Positions 11,601 to 21,300 of a DNA stretch of 64,000 bases are shown piece by piece. Where the stretch lies: positions 479 through 64,478 of the IMG/VR virus record IMGVR_UViG_3300006874_000001, one strand, 5' to 3'. This DNA is from a virus. Lineage: Duplodnaviria; Caudoviricetes. Made by a program: the position numbers and the translations under genes. Positions within the stretch are counted from its first letter, which is position 1. Each line of letters starts with the position of its first letter. The notes beneath the pieces are model-generated. The model worked only from the letters and a program-made list of their open reading frames with translations. It searched no databases and had not been told where the DNA came from.

Positions 11601-14600
11601 CGCCATAGCGCTTCGCGTATCCGTTGGCCCGAAGATTTTTAATGTATTGCTCATACTTGACCTGAGCTCTAGTGACAACAGGGCTGTTCTTGCCTAAGAT
11701 TTCTGCAAGCTCTCTCGCAAGTCGAGCACGCCCTGTTGGATTCATCTCAGCGAGCATAGGGCTGATTGCAGTGTGGATAACCTCCTCAAGAACCGTCTCT
11801 TCAAAAGTCTTTTTCTTCTGCAGGCCAGTGTCAGTCAACATGTTCGTAAGGATGTTGTCTACAGAGATGTGAATGACTCCATCGACGACATACCCGCCTG
11901 CATTTTCCTGGAACGCATCCATAGACTCCTTTGAGTGCATACGAAGCTTGAGGCCTGGGTGAAGTGCTCTCAATGCCTTTAGAGCGTTGGTCAAGAACTT
12001 TCTTTGCTTCTCGTTGAGACCGCTGAGGTCGTCTTCTGAAATTTCAAATTCACCGTTTTCGTCTGAAGTGTACTCATTGTACTTTCCTTCCAGACCCCTT
12101 GTAGAGGTTCCGTCAACCATGACAGTGTTCCCTTCAACAAACTGATCCTTGCTAATAGCCTCGCCCTTTGAGTTTTGAAAGGTTTCGGTCAAGGTCATGT
12201 TGAACTTCTTGACGTTCCCGTCTTTGTCTTTAATGGCAGAGAAGAAGTCTGTCTCAGCCTCAGCGTCGTTTACACCTTCTGCAAACAGCTGCATGTCACC
12301 ATTAGCTTTAACCAACCCCTTCTTGTGAGCTACAGTTTCTTGTTCGAACATAGCAGCGAACTCCTGTGCTTGCTCGACAGTCATACCCTCAACAAGAAAG
12401 CTATTCTCACCGTTCTGGTACTTACCTTTGACTTCGTGGAACACCAATCCCTGAGACTCCAGCCACTCTCGGGCCTTTTGGTTTCTCGCTTCGTTCTCTG
12501 CATCACTGAGCTCAGCCCTACCCATCGGGTTTTCAGCTGTCAGAACGGCAAATTCATCAGAAGCAAAGATAGAATCAATCTCTTCTTTAGTCAACCCTGA
12601 GTTCTCCATGTTCTCGATTGCTGTGGCAATCCAGGAGTCGGTCCTTCTTGCTTTCGATTCTTTGACCCTTGTGGCTACAATATCACCAGCAGCTCTCACG
12701 TCACCACTCTGTGTGACTGGAAGCCCAAACATTCCGTCAAGGTGAGCAGCTGCCTGCATAACTCCTGACAAGTTCTCGTCGGTATTGTCTTCTGCAAGTC
12801 TCTTTTCTGCTGCCTCTAGGTCCTGCCTAGCCTTCACTGCAGCATCGTACTCTGCTGCGGCCTGGTCTCTTGCTTCTCTAGCCGTTCTTAACGCACCTTC
12901 ATCAACGCTTTGCCCGTTGGCAATTCTTTCTTCCAGGATTGCTACGGCATTTTCAGCAAGTGTCTTCTCGGTTGTCAACCTGTTCTCTGCCTCTTGGCGA
13001 AGCATACCGCGAGCGACGTCAAGCTCATCTTGAGTCATCTCTGTAGACTCACCCTTGTGCTGATTGGTCAACTCGGTGCGCTCCCTTACTAGCTGTTCAA
13101 ACGCGGCCTTGTGAACGGCTGCTTGCTCAGGGTTTACTGAGCGCTGGAACTGTCTGTACGAGTTCTCGATTTTGACATCAAGCTCGCTGATCTTGTTAAG
13201 AACATCTGGGTGTCTTACAGCTAGCATATCGTAGAAAGGTCTGTTAGCTTCAGCCTTCTCTTTGATGGTCTTCTGTGTGTTCTGGATCTGAACCTCAATA
13301 GCTCTTCTTTCTTTTGAACCAGGCTCAAGGTCCCTTGCTTGCTTCTCAAGATTGGCCAAGATATCTCTGGCTTCAAACTCTGCTTGGATATTGACCATGT
13401 CTCCACGAGCAAACATAGCTGCGCGTGCCTGACCGAACTTAGTACCGCTGTACTCGAACACACCACCAGCCAGAGCACCGACAATAAATGAGTCAACCAC
13501 TCCGTTAACAAACTCATCTGTATTGAGTCGTTTGCCAGTGATCATAGCGTTACCGATCATAGTTGTGGCTGTGGTAGCTACCTCCTCCAACCCCTCTGTA
13601 AGCCCAGAGAGACCGTAGTGCTTAAGCATGCCAGTAGCCATCTCCTTGGTCATGATTCTTCCCTGAGCCCTGGTAAGAGCGGTTGCGCCGCGAAGGCCTT
13701 TTTCTGCAGCTGAGGCTGCTCTACCGAAGATAGCGCTACCAACCAAGGCAAACGCAGTCTCAGATCCGCCAACAAGCATTGAAGATCCAAGCCTTTGTAG
13801 ATCGTTTTCAAAAATCGGGGCCTTTCCGTGGGCAACAAGGATCTCATCATCAGTCTTTGTGCTAGAGAATTGATTTATCCCTGATGAAACACCTAGAAGG
13901 CCAGCGCCAACCATAGGCAGTCCTACTGCTGAAGACGCTACAACCAAGCCAACGGTAGGCAAGGTCTCGGCCAAGCCAACAGCAGACTGTCTAAATCCGT
14001 TGTAGATGTCTCCGTTAGCGAAAGACTGACCGATTCCCATTGGAATCACGGTCATCTCGGATCTCATCTTCTCCGCTTCGAAAGCGTTTTCCCTTCTGAC
14101 CTGTGCTGCAGTATTCCCTCCTGTAAACTCATCTTTGACCGATGCGTACAGATACTCTGCTGGGTTGACAACCAAGTCAATAGTCCCTTGATAGAGTCCG
14201 CGTGCCATGTCACTAACAAGCCACTTCTCGTTGTATCTGCCGTTGCCATCAAGATCAAGGGCAAGGCCATGCTGGAAGAACATGTAGTCATCAAGCTTGT
14301 CGATGATATCTTGATCCTTGTCGTCTCCAACGGTGATGCCTTCATCACCGAGAACCCCCAAGAACTCCTGCTTATACTTACCGAGCTGCTCTCTCTGGAA
14401 TTTCTGATTTACTCGTCTCAGACCAACAGCTCTAAGAACTTCTTCGTAGTCTTCGTAAGACATTCGAAGGCCTTCGATTTTGGTTGTAACCTTTCCGTTA
14501 CCATCCAACGATGAGCTTTCAATAGGATCGAACCTGCCTTCGTAACTGCCCATTTGCAGTTCTTTCATGCCGCCTCCAGTCCACACCCCTCTTGACTTGA

Positions 14601-15507
14601 AATCACCTATAACATCAGAAATGCCGAGCTCCCTAGCATCCTTCATCAATGACATGGCCATATCTGCTGGAACGGTAATCATTCTGTTAGGGTCATCACT
14701 GATATCCCTACCGAATTGATCAACACCCATATCCATGATGGCATCAAGACGCTCACCTGACCACTCTTTCCACTGGTCAGAGGCCATCCACATCTTGACA
14801 GCTTCACTGTGTTCGTTCTGAACACGCTCTCTAAAATCGTTCGCTACGACTCTAACGTTGACTCCAGTCTCTTCGTAGAGATCTAGAGACGTGACGAGGC
14901 TCTCTCTAAACGCCTCCTCCTCTTTCATGCGCTCTCGATCCTTCACGGTGGCTTCTAGCAGTTCACGCTCCATCTCAGCCCCCTCGTTGTATTCTTCACG
15001 AAGAACGCCGTTGACGTATGTTTTGCCCCCGTATCTCTCTACCTTGTCTTCGATCTGTAGGTCTTGCGGTTTGTGCTCTCTGGCCCGCCCCTGAAGCTCT
15101 GTTTCGTAGTTGTTTAGAGCTTCGAAGTCAAAGTCACCCGTTGATGGGTTGTACGCCTCCCTGTAGATATCCAACATATACTGCGGAGTCTCCTCTGGAA
15201 ACAAGGAGGCCAACTGCTCGTCTGTTAAATCTGAAAGAGACTCTAAGACCTGACCAGAAGGGTCTTCTGGCTGTTCTTTTTTTTTTAGACCTGTAGCGTA
15301 CTGGAAGTCCTCTTGAGAGAACTCCTGCTCTCCGAGAGCACCAAAGATCTTTTCGTTGTAGTCTGCATCGGTGCTAATGCGCTCGGCAAAAAGTTCTTTA
15401 TCCCATCCGCGATCTTCACCACCAAGAGAGGCGTAAAGGCTATCAATAAACGACTCCTCCTCTACTACTGGGGCGTTCTCTGGGTTGGGGTTTTGATTCT
15501 CTTCCAT
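5683..15507 (-). CDS. Giant internal virion / ejected polyvalent protein, 3274 aa
   Basis: Follows the muzzle genes. Has hydrophobic Gly/Ala segments, coiled coils, SAM-lyase-like and EExxH zincin-like domains, and a C-terminal PYVRTPANIL region. Confidence 0.8.
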   Translation of the reverse strand: MEENQNPNPENAPVVEEESFIDSLYASLGGEDRGWDKELFAERISTDADYNEKIFGALGEQEFSQEDFQYATGLKKKEQPEDPSGQVLESLSDLTDEQLASLFPEETPQYMLDIYREAYNPSTGDFDFEALNNYETELQGRAREHKPQDLQIEDKVERYGGKTYVNGVLREEYNEGAEMERELLEATVKDRERMKEEEAFRESLVTSLDLYEETGVNVRVVANDFRERVQNEHSEAVKMWMASDQWKEWSGERLDAIMDMGVDQFGRDISDDPNRMITVPADMAMSLMKDARELGISDVIGDFKSRGVWTGGGMKELQMGSYEGRFDPIESSSLDGNGKVTTKIEGLRMSYEDYEEVLRAVGLRRVNQKFQREQLGKYKQEFLGVLGDEGITVGDDKDQDIIDKLDDYMFFQHGLALDLDGNGRYNEKWLVSDMARGLYQGTIDLVVNPAEYLYASVKDEFTGGNTAAQVRRENAFEAEKMRSEMTVIPMGIGQSFANGDIYNGFRQSAVGLAETLPTVGLVVASSAVGLPMVGAGLLGVSSGINQFSSTKTDDEILVAHGKAPIFENDLQRLGSSMLVGGSETAFALVGSAIFGRAASAAEKGLRGATALTRAQGRIMTKEMATGMLKHYGLSGLTEGLEEVATTATTMIGNAMITGKRLNTDEFVNGVVDSFIVGALAGGVFEYSGTKFGQARAAMFARGDMVNIQAEFEARDILANLEKQARDLEPGSKERRAIEVQIQNTQKTIKEKAEANRPFYDMLAVRHPDVLNKISELDVKIENSYRQFQRSVNPEQAAVHKAAFEQLVRERTELTNQHKGESTEMTQDELDVARGMLRQEAENRLTTEKTLAENAVAILEERIANGQSVDEGALRTAREARDQAAAEYDAAVKARQDLEAAEKRLAEDNTDENLSGVMQAAAHLDGMFGLPVTQSGDVRAAGDIVATRVKESKARRTDSWIATAIENMENSGLTKEEIDSIFASDEFAVLTAENPMGRAELSDAENEARNQKAREWLESQGLVFHEVKGKYQNGENSFLVEGMTVEQAQEFAAMFEQETVAHKKGLVKANGDMQLFAEGVNDAEAETDFFSAIKDKDGNVKKFNMTLTETFQNSKGEAISKDQFVEGNTVMVDGTSTRGLEGKYNEYTSDENGEFEISEDDLSGLNEKQRKFLTNALKALRALHPGLKLRMHSKESMDAFQENAGGYVVDGVIHISVDNILTNMLTDTGLQKKKTFEETVLEEVIHTAISPMLAEMNPTGRARLARELAEILGKNSPVVTRAQVKYEQYIKNLRANGYAKRYGEDKVMLIAQDEMITEMISALAANPDIQKSLIGNVKLWFNSLFSATNNKFVISSDSSAAQIVTAFANSVKDGSHISVKEMVDSGAEGRSSGRLMMPQDIPAEGEFEVTYSHANKHTNISRVRSKTFRGKWDFINYWNHITNNGQFPKRMANVKIIRGENTGMFIDADRMINWNLKPPKTKGQKMAEAEARRVNRIKYQNELSAKVREQRKNTEEDFQPYVGNDFAVILDALEIEYDDAIDAVGKIRTLTMDQLRDAESIIFGDDKAAERASLRLIDMSRAGDILVDLNTSDLQGLSLKGFHELKVEAMKMLGFTQKEIDKRQQQAKSTTYQFVAMESARMINAAVAEATGKNIRFQDMSSSEKLALLEDENSGVKEAIVKSMTADFQYSLKLMEELGMENPETFFSGYEGAKQKYLSQLSAEFPGVPVEQFSPILDVLVAATSTFRPAEPNMRMAMNILHTCIANFKRNYIPGKPFDFIPKSLIDDLKTTDKQREAADLPTGRKFAESNIGVGGASMTTIGATLETVNDLFNRYLSVDGKFDADGFVQDMTQRSQIKSDLPVASEEMSKRKIGAPKIGSFAATMMGALGQNFLTQDSHFMDYMGVFTGEVGVPRGMTVTVNRAEMLKILKGKVSPKAHTKTLVKALLAEANAGNRSARDLLADMFNPMSGRNFDKDAKKLRYKVVEAFVNDHNRRNPDNPYTIAQVGQMMYAFDQIAAFRMDLDSETAQRDQYTPWHPIMEKIMEDGSYRNLSVEEGVSENLAQEEVNRLVERSINVPAPEVIASTGGTISAQQEVEMEGRASSRLQLALDFGDAGLKVNAEDSRLFRDRSDTEALALKGEGKITQELVDQALQTDRNSVRVMNKGKTPEIGDKVGVRLNLNVLKNTGVPVQTIHDKTATGEALQYAPVVRVSNVTMNVNQEARNKIVTFQENKFPMASVDGELVSTDMSEISYEGVKAIFNPFKHNTFVDVSGRPIKSAENAVIVGNNVYLTGEIEYFDYDDPVVTAGRTETEEQRAKRVKRGPKYDAALKRFRAYSEAVLGVKYESDLEAKAAYDSMPINSQVALNESEVAKNAEEAIRQGRASARIRQTAGRTAVLYDSVRSEILQNPENYISTQNLKEAKDKLSSMDSGELMGLLTDESLGRLSQRNDDMGVLAGVELINRAVADGNPDSIPGIVAELSKIGTTAGRLLRHFAELKSSTPAGMIMMIEKEVERGGNKLSDAQKERLTALSVELMESHAAARDLMERAIRGEEVDAELETAVKRLKQAERSMETFTNAVIERGWGDIGSMLVQGNLLTPMSQVTNVIANLYNAALMIPRDIIALPIEKALNLFGFDSPIKRNYSVNAYMYGLRKFGAGFVESLEAVVTGQEKDVTEWRVQRGFAPFRSILSAFGKGAELPLGPDGKSSLSQRLKLFINGTLGIPAEVMFRFLGVGDTPFRRGVEGIEVYQEALSRGLKGEELRRFLKHPPMDVRQRAEQEGRKLTFQEQGVASNIGEGFINFVEKAAGQIFGFLPGVNGQQFAKFLIRSQMPYVRTPANILYETLTFTSPVIAIPRIMADLKKGDARSASQNMGKLIVGQSVAYATELMIREGIISGALEAGEDEERNIAYDQFPPNSINISALKRFLAGATAAKQPDDYFMSYQKLGIFGAIIGARVKATNAADPSLGEDPFIANRMLRDAFGVTAFSTMAHMMDQSFLQGVSSFTELISAGDADDFERKFERWSGSTFQAVSSTILPNTLSALYKQNREYLPDTRVDPNLPLEERIMQRFRYTFLDRTFGLGDAPIRVNWKGEPIRQRPRGDVPGGYYLFDVYKSRQGEADPVSNEVWRLFEQTEELTSACGTPYFATTRRIAPPKIKTKKELAALEATGKEYSFLKDEEFMNSKVRFSIEDINDLAAVANRERYQALEKLVNSEEYKSMSDADKLEAMNNVAGDFSGIKEFGEDKMFKKHTIMVLDIMQRIYDDERR

Positions 15508-16602
15508 TTAGTTTCTTGGGTTGTATGGGTCGTACAGTTCTCTATTAGCAACCTCTTTGTTGTTGTACATCTCTCTGAGCTGCTCAACAACCTTGTCTAC
15601 ATACATGGTGATTGCTGTAGCTCCTTCGATAGGTGTTGACCCTTCGAACTCGTCTACAGCTGTCTTCACGGCATTTCTCATTGGGTCCGCTGGAGACATG
15701 CTCTCCACGTCGCTCATGGTTTTTACAAGCTGCTCTCTAATGGTGTTCAAGGTACTCTCTAAATCGACTCCGCCGCCAGAAAGAGGATTAACCTTTGCAA
15801 AAAGTGGCTGGATAAATCCCATAGCCACATCTGATGGATCCATGCCTCCCCTCTCCGTGAGAGAAGGCGAGTAGAGCTCGCGCTTACCTCTAGTAGGCGC
15901 ATCCAGAATCGGTCCGAAGACAGGCTTCCCGTCTTCCCCAAGCATTCTGTTTCCCTGCAGGTCGAGGTAGTAACCCTCCCATTGCATGGTCTGCTCGTTA
16001 AATTGCTGGCCCTCAGTATCAACTCCCCCCATGTTAAAGATTCGGTCTTTCTCCTTCAGACTTTCCACGTCATCGGTGAGCTCAAAGTTGTTGTCGCTGA
16101 ACCCATCGGTGATTGCCGATTCAAGGGCTGATCTCTGGTTAATTACATCTGACGATCCAGCTTGAGAGTAACTGTCGTAAGTGGCTCCAAACACTTCTAG
16201 GTCAGCGAGGAACTGCTCGTAACCTCCATTTCCGCTCTCCTCATCGTAGAATCCTGATTTGAGTTTTTGAGCAAAAACATCTCTATGCTTAGCAAATCTC
16301 TCCACGTCGGATTCGGCCCAGTTGTCATACTTCAAGCCGTACAAGCTTGCCATCTGCTGCTGCCGAGTAGCATTTAGGTTTTTGTGTTGCTCTACCTGAG
16401 CTCTTACCTCTTCAGGAGATTTGTTGGCTTTGTCGTTTACGCCTAGCTGATCCTCCAGTTGTTGCTCAGCGGTTTGTTCAGAGGCCTGTTGAGCGCCCTC
16501 TACAGCGATCATTCTTCCGCCTCCCCCTGGGTTTTTTGCAAACGGAGCCATTCGACCACGTTTCGCAACGGACCTAGGTGTGGTTCTTTCCAGGATGCTC
16601 AT
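15508..16602 (-). CDS. Internal virion / ejection protein
   Basis: Acidic helical ORF between the muzzle genes and the giant protein. Confidence 0.6.
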   Translation of the reverse strand: MSILERTTPRSVAKRGRMAPFAKNPGGGGRMIAVEGAQQASEQTAEQQLEDQLGVNDKANKSPEEVRAQVEQHKNLNATRQQQMASLYGLKYDNWAESDVERFAKHRDVFAQKLKSGFYDEESGNGGYEQFLADLEVFGATYDSYSQAGSSDVINQRSALESAITDGFSDNNFELTDDVESLKEKDRIFNMGGVDTEGQQFNEQTMQWEGYYLDLQGNRMLGEDGKPVFGPILDAPTRGKRELYSPSLTERGGMDPSDVAMGFIQPLFAKVNPLSGGGVDLESTLNTIREQLVKTMSDVESMSPADPMRNAVKTAVDEFEGSTPIEGATAITMYVDKVVEQLREMYNNKEVANRELYDPYNPRN

Positions 16603-17471
16603 TAGTCAAACTGAGGTTGATTGAACACACTACGAACGGCGCTGTACAGCCCCATTAGATCTCGCTGAGAAGGTCTCTTCTTTTTGGAGATAGCGTCCTG
16701 AGCTTTATCGATTTTAGATGCCTGTTGAGGGTTGAGGATGTATTCACCACCAGTCATCTCTCCGATCTTAGCCCCTTTCTGTACGATGTCGATAGGGTTT
16801 CTTTTGTGACTAAACTCGCCAGGGGTCTTCTTTACCTTAGCGCCGTTCCTAGCCTCACCGCCAAACCTGGCGTCAAGCAGGCTAGACCCCATGCTCATAA
16901 TGGACTCTCTCTGAGCGTCCTTAGCAGCTCTTTCTCTGAGAGCAGCCTCTCTACGCTCTAGCTCTGCAGCCTGCATGTTCTCTTCGGCTGTAGCCTCGTC
17001 TTGCTCAGCCCCCACAAGCTTTCTCGCTGCAATCTTCTTATCCATCTCAATGTTTTTAGAGAGAGCAGTGTCTTCAAGACCTGCCAGCTTGCTTTCCGAT
17101 TCAATCTCTCTATCCAAGTCGGCTTGTTTGGCACTCTCTTCAGCCTGTGCGGCTCTTTGCGTAGTTCCAGTGATCCCAGCTGCCAAGGCTCGCGGGTCCT
17201 GTGATAGCGCAGAAAGCTCCATGGCCTGTCTGGCTGCGATACCAGAGGTGTCCGTTCTTTTCTTTCCAGCTTGCGCTAGATCTCGCTGCGCTTGAGATAC
17301 CCGTGCGTCAAACTTACCTGCTTCTTCTTGAGCGTAAAACTTGCTTTGCTCTTGCTTAGCCTTAGCCTTTAGCGCTTTCTGCCTGAGCTTGTCGGCGCTG
17401 GCCGTCGCAGCGTCTTGTCTTGCGTACTGACCAGCTGCTCTTGACCGTAAGATATCACCAATGAATCCCAT
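16602..17471 (-). CDS. Internal virion / pilot-like protein
   Basis: Ala/Gln-rich coiled coil and a C-terminal GEFSH...EMTGGEYILN motif. Confidence 0.65.
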   Translation of the reverse strand: MGFIGDILRSRAAGQYARQDAATASADKLRQKALKAKAKQEQSKFYAQEEAGKFDARVSQAQRDLAQAGKKRTDTSGIAARQAMELSALSQDPRALAAGITGTTQRAAQAEESAKQADLDREIESESKLAGLEDTALSKNIEMDKKIAARKLVGAEQDEATAEENMQAAELERREAALRERAAKDAQRESIMSMGSSLLDARFGGEARNGAKVKKTPGEFSHKRNPIDIVQKGAKIGEMTGGEYILNPQQASKIDKAQDAISKKKRPSQRDLMGLYSAVRSVFNQPQFD

Positions 17472-17512
17472 ACTATTTCGTTTGTTCTGCGAATTTACAA
17501 AAAATGCCCTTA

Positions 17513-18370
17513 TCAGGTGTCAAGTCCAGAGTATTCGTAGTCAACGTTGATTGCATGGAGTTCAAAATCCCAACCAACAAAAGCCGCTGACTCTAACGTC
17601 AGAACACAAACTCGACCTCTAAGGCTATCACCATCAATGCTATCTGGGTATGCAAGGTATAGATAGAAGAAGATAGGGCTGAAGATTGCTGGGGCAGCAT
17701 CACCGCTAAGCGTGATCGAGTTACCTGATGTATCTCCTTCGTTACCAGAAACCCTTACAGCATTCTCTTGACCCGTGTAGATTTGCGCTTGACCGTTTAC
17801 AATGCATGTAGGTACAGGGCCGTTATACCCGATGAGTACAGCCTCTTCGTTGAGCGCTGTTGACACTTGAGACATGTTATCCAAAAGCACCAACTTGCCT
17901 TCGGTGGTGTACTCGTCTCGTCTACCAAGGAAGACGATATTAGCTGAAGATCCTGAATCAAATCCTCCAGACCGACTCGCCCTAGGGATGTCAGTGTATC
18001 TAGCCCCCTCTTTAGTCAAAAACTTACTGCTGTCAATGTATGAGTTCTGAGATTCGTGGATGACTTTTGAGTCTGGAAAGGTTGTAAGAAGCGCGTTCCA
18101 TTTCGGAAGAGTCGTCTCTAGAGAGAGGTTCTGAAAGATCTTGTTTCTAGAAGGCTCTTGGTTTGACGCCACAGTCAATGTCACTCCCTTCTGCTGACCA
18201 TAGTAATTGCATTTGTCTACAGTAGATGTGTGACGCCACGCCTGACTCGCTGCAGTGTTCGTGCAGGTGATCATGTGGTTGTCTACGTAGGCGTAACAAC
18301 TTGGCGTAAACGAGTATCTCGTCTTCCAGTAGTCACCGTCTGCAGCGTATGCAATCGTTTTGCTAGGCAT
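17513..18370 (-). CDS. Tail muzzle/stabilization protein, separately encoded C-terminal part
   Basis: Starts TIAY...WKTRYSFTP and contains KIFQNLSLE and KEG motifs like the C-terminal part of crAss-type muzzle proteins. TGATG overlap with the upstream gene. Confidence 0.65.
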   Translation of the reverse strand: MPSKTIAYAADGDYWKTRYSFTPSCYAYVDNHMITCTNTAASQAWRHTSTVDKCNYYGQQKGVTLTVASNQEPSRNKIFQNLSLETTLPKWNALLTTFPDSKVIHESQNSYIDSSKFLTKEGARYTDIPRASRSGGFDSGSSANIVFLGRRDEYTTEGKLVLLDNMSQVSTALNEEAVLIGYNGPVPTCIVNGQAQIYTGQENAVRVSGNEGDTSGNSITLSGDAAPAIFSPIFFYLYLAYPDSIDGDSLRGRVCVLTLESAAFVGWDFELHAINVDYEYSGLDT

Positions 18371-21300
18371 CAGCTTTTGGTTGTTGTGGTTTCTCTACTA
18401 TCTTGTTTCTCGCTATAAGAGCACAGGCTTTGTGAGTGAGCTCGCGCCATAGGATCGTAGTTGTCAGCCGCAGGATCCATACATCCACACGAGACATCTC
18501 CCTCAGGGAAGTCCTCACATAGAGGGTACTGCTTCTTTGTGGTAACAGAGTCGGTCTTTACGTCCCCATCAGGCGTCGGTGTAAACCCAGAAGGTGGGTT
18601 GTAACCTTCACATTGTTGAAGGAAGGCCTCGTCAGTCGTTAGTCCGACAAGCTCAAGAGCGACATTTCTGTCATTTGATGTCGCAACGCCGTCGCCGTCA
18701 AAGTCAATTGCATTGGGGTTGTCGTAGACACCATCGGTAGCGGTGGAGTACATTTCGAGAACTTTCTGAAGCGTAATCTCATTCCCATCTAGAAGGCTAC
18801 AAATGTTAGGGAAGTCGCCAAAGCCAGGGTTGCCCGTGCAATCGTATATCTCATCTGAGATGGTAAAGTTGTCTGCAATGCAAGCATCGTTGAACGCACT
18901 CATAAGCCCAGGTAGGTCTTCGGAAAAATTGAGCGCACCGTCGCCCGTGGTGTCGAAGTAAGCGATAATCTCAGGGATGGTGCAGTTAGCGAACGCTGTC
19001 CACTTTGATCTAAACGCGCCCCAGCGAGGGCCATCTTCGTTAAACCCATCATTTACGTACCCATTGACTGCCGCCGTCAGAGCACCAGAAACGTCCTGTG
19101 CATTAACAATTCCATTTCCGTCATCATCCATGGCGCATGGGAACGCAGCTGGACAGCCGCCAGCAGGGTATTCACAGCTACCATCATCGTTAGTAGCTTG
19201 AGAGTTGTAGTTCGTTGCGGTTGGATCGGTACACCCAAAGACAATACACGATCCGTCGTCTTGCGTCGCTGTGGGGTCGTAGTTGTCAGCCGCTGGGTTC
19301 GTGCAACCGCTGATGATACAGCTTCCGTCATCCTCAGTGGCGGCTGGATTGTAGTTCGTGGCATTAGAGTTGGTGCACCCAGTGATAATCCCAGTGAAAT
19401 TGCCATCGCAATCGTAGTCAGGATCAGGGAATGTGCAACTTCCGTCGTTCCAAGTAGCGTCAGGGTTGTAGTTGCAGGCTGTCTCGATAGTGCATCCTGC
19501 CACACCGCCGCAGTCCCTGTTTTTCTGCATTTTGTAAAGCCTGTCGGTGATGACAGAGAAAACTTCAGGACTAGCGTTGTACCAATTAGCGCCGTACGCC
19601 GTCTTAAACGGCGCTGGACCCAGCTTTGTCTCGGGGTGTCCAAGCCCATTTCCTTCGGGTTGAACGTTGGTGAAGTCCATAAAGTTTTGGTAGAGAGGAT
19701 TGGTCCATAGCCCTATCACAGGAGTTGTTGTCTCTCCCTCAACAGGATCGTACTCAAAGCATTCAGGGAGAGAACACCATTGCCTAATAAGCGCAGGGGT
19801 GTTTCTGACGTTCCCGTAATTGGTTTCGTTGTACTTCGTCGTTGCAGTCAGCTCTTGAATATATGTGATGTCTCTACTTGCCTCTCCGTTGCTAGTGCTG
19901 AAGTTAGTGGCAACGTCTGAAGGGCATTGTATCGTAACGAAGCTCGTGTTGGTTTGAGTCCATCTCAAATCATTAGTGACTGACAACTTCTCTAGCGCGT
20001 TAGAGTTGGTTGACGCATACCACTCGTCGTTAGTCTCAGCTCCTGCAGGCCAAACGTTAGTGCCTGGGAGGATACGACCAAATCCGCTGCTTTCAGAGCC
20101 CGATTTATCGTCGGCGAAGTTATACGTAAGCGTCAGGTCTTTACACGTAAGTGTTTGGAGCTGAATACCACCTTGAGAGAAGCCTAGCGCATCTTGAGTC
20201 TGACTTAGAATAGATTCATCCAAGACAATTTCAGTCTCACCGCTCAGAAACGCACCGTCGATGTTTTCTGATGCAACCATTGGAGCTCCGACGGGTATAG
20301 GATCCCCTGCATCAGGTGCAGCACCAAAAATGATTTTTACGTTTTCCGATGGCAAGATACCAGAAGTCTCTATGAACAAAGTCTTTGTGAAGGTTCTATT
20401 GTTGTTGTTTGAGTTGTATGGCGGGTCGGTGGAAAAGTATACTGGGTTCTCCAGAACCTGCCCCACTGCAGGGAACCCGATCGTCTCTACAATGTTGTCG
20501 TAGTAAATGTAGAAAAACCCATCCCACTGCCCTGTTCCAATTGGCTGAGCGAAAGGAGCAGTATCAGCACTTTGTCCTGACTCGTAAACCTTCACGTATC
20601 GTGGTGGTGTATTCGTATCACTGCTGGGGATGCTTACAGATCCTGAGATCCCCACAAAGTCAGTTGTCTTTGAACATCCATCGTCATTTGAAGCCGCAAT
20701 TGTCAACTGCGCTGCTTCACCAATGGTGTACTCTGCTGATGGAGTCCAACGGAGTATCAGCGTTTCGCTTTCACCAGGAGCAATGGTCTGTCCGATAACG
20801 TCTGGCGTTGGCGATGGCGAGGTAAAGAAGAATAGCGAGAAGTCGTTAGAGTACGTAACTCCGTTGAAAGCTACATCCGTAATGGTGGCCACCCCGTCAC
20901 CAGTATTCGTTACGACAACACTAACGTTGTATTCCACGTTAGGGTTTCCATCCGCATCGACTTGATCTTCAGTCAAGCTATTGGATCCGAAGGAGAACGA
21001 TGAAGGGTCGAACGAAAGGTTAATTTGATCACAACCCTCAACCACCTCTTCGTATTCGCAAGATCCGTCATCGACAGTTGCGAAAGGGTTGTAGTTCAAA
21101 GCGGTAGGGTCTGTACAACCGTAGATTGCCGTTTCTGTCGGACCACCGTCATCGCCCCCTACAACATCATCAGGCACGTCTTTAATCGTGATTAGATACT
21201 CCTTTGTGAGTGGGTCGTAACCACCTGGAATCCTGATGTCAGAGTAGCCAGACATGCTTGAGGTCTTAAGCGCATCTTCAAAAGCTCTTCTGAAGAAAGC

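Noticed and set aside
14235-14270. DLDGNG in the giant protein as a virion RNA polymerase active site
   Set aside because: It lacks the third Asp of DxDxD and sits in the N-terminal helical region. A structure search is still advisable.
18685-18720. NAIDFDGD resembles the RNA polymerase catalytic motif NADFDGD
   Set aside because: The context DFDGDGVATSND is a dockerin/EF-hand loop, one of three in this extension, with no surrounding polymerase motifs.
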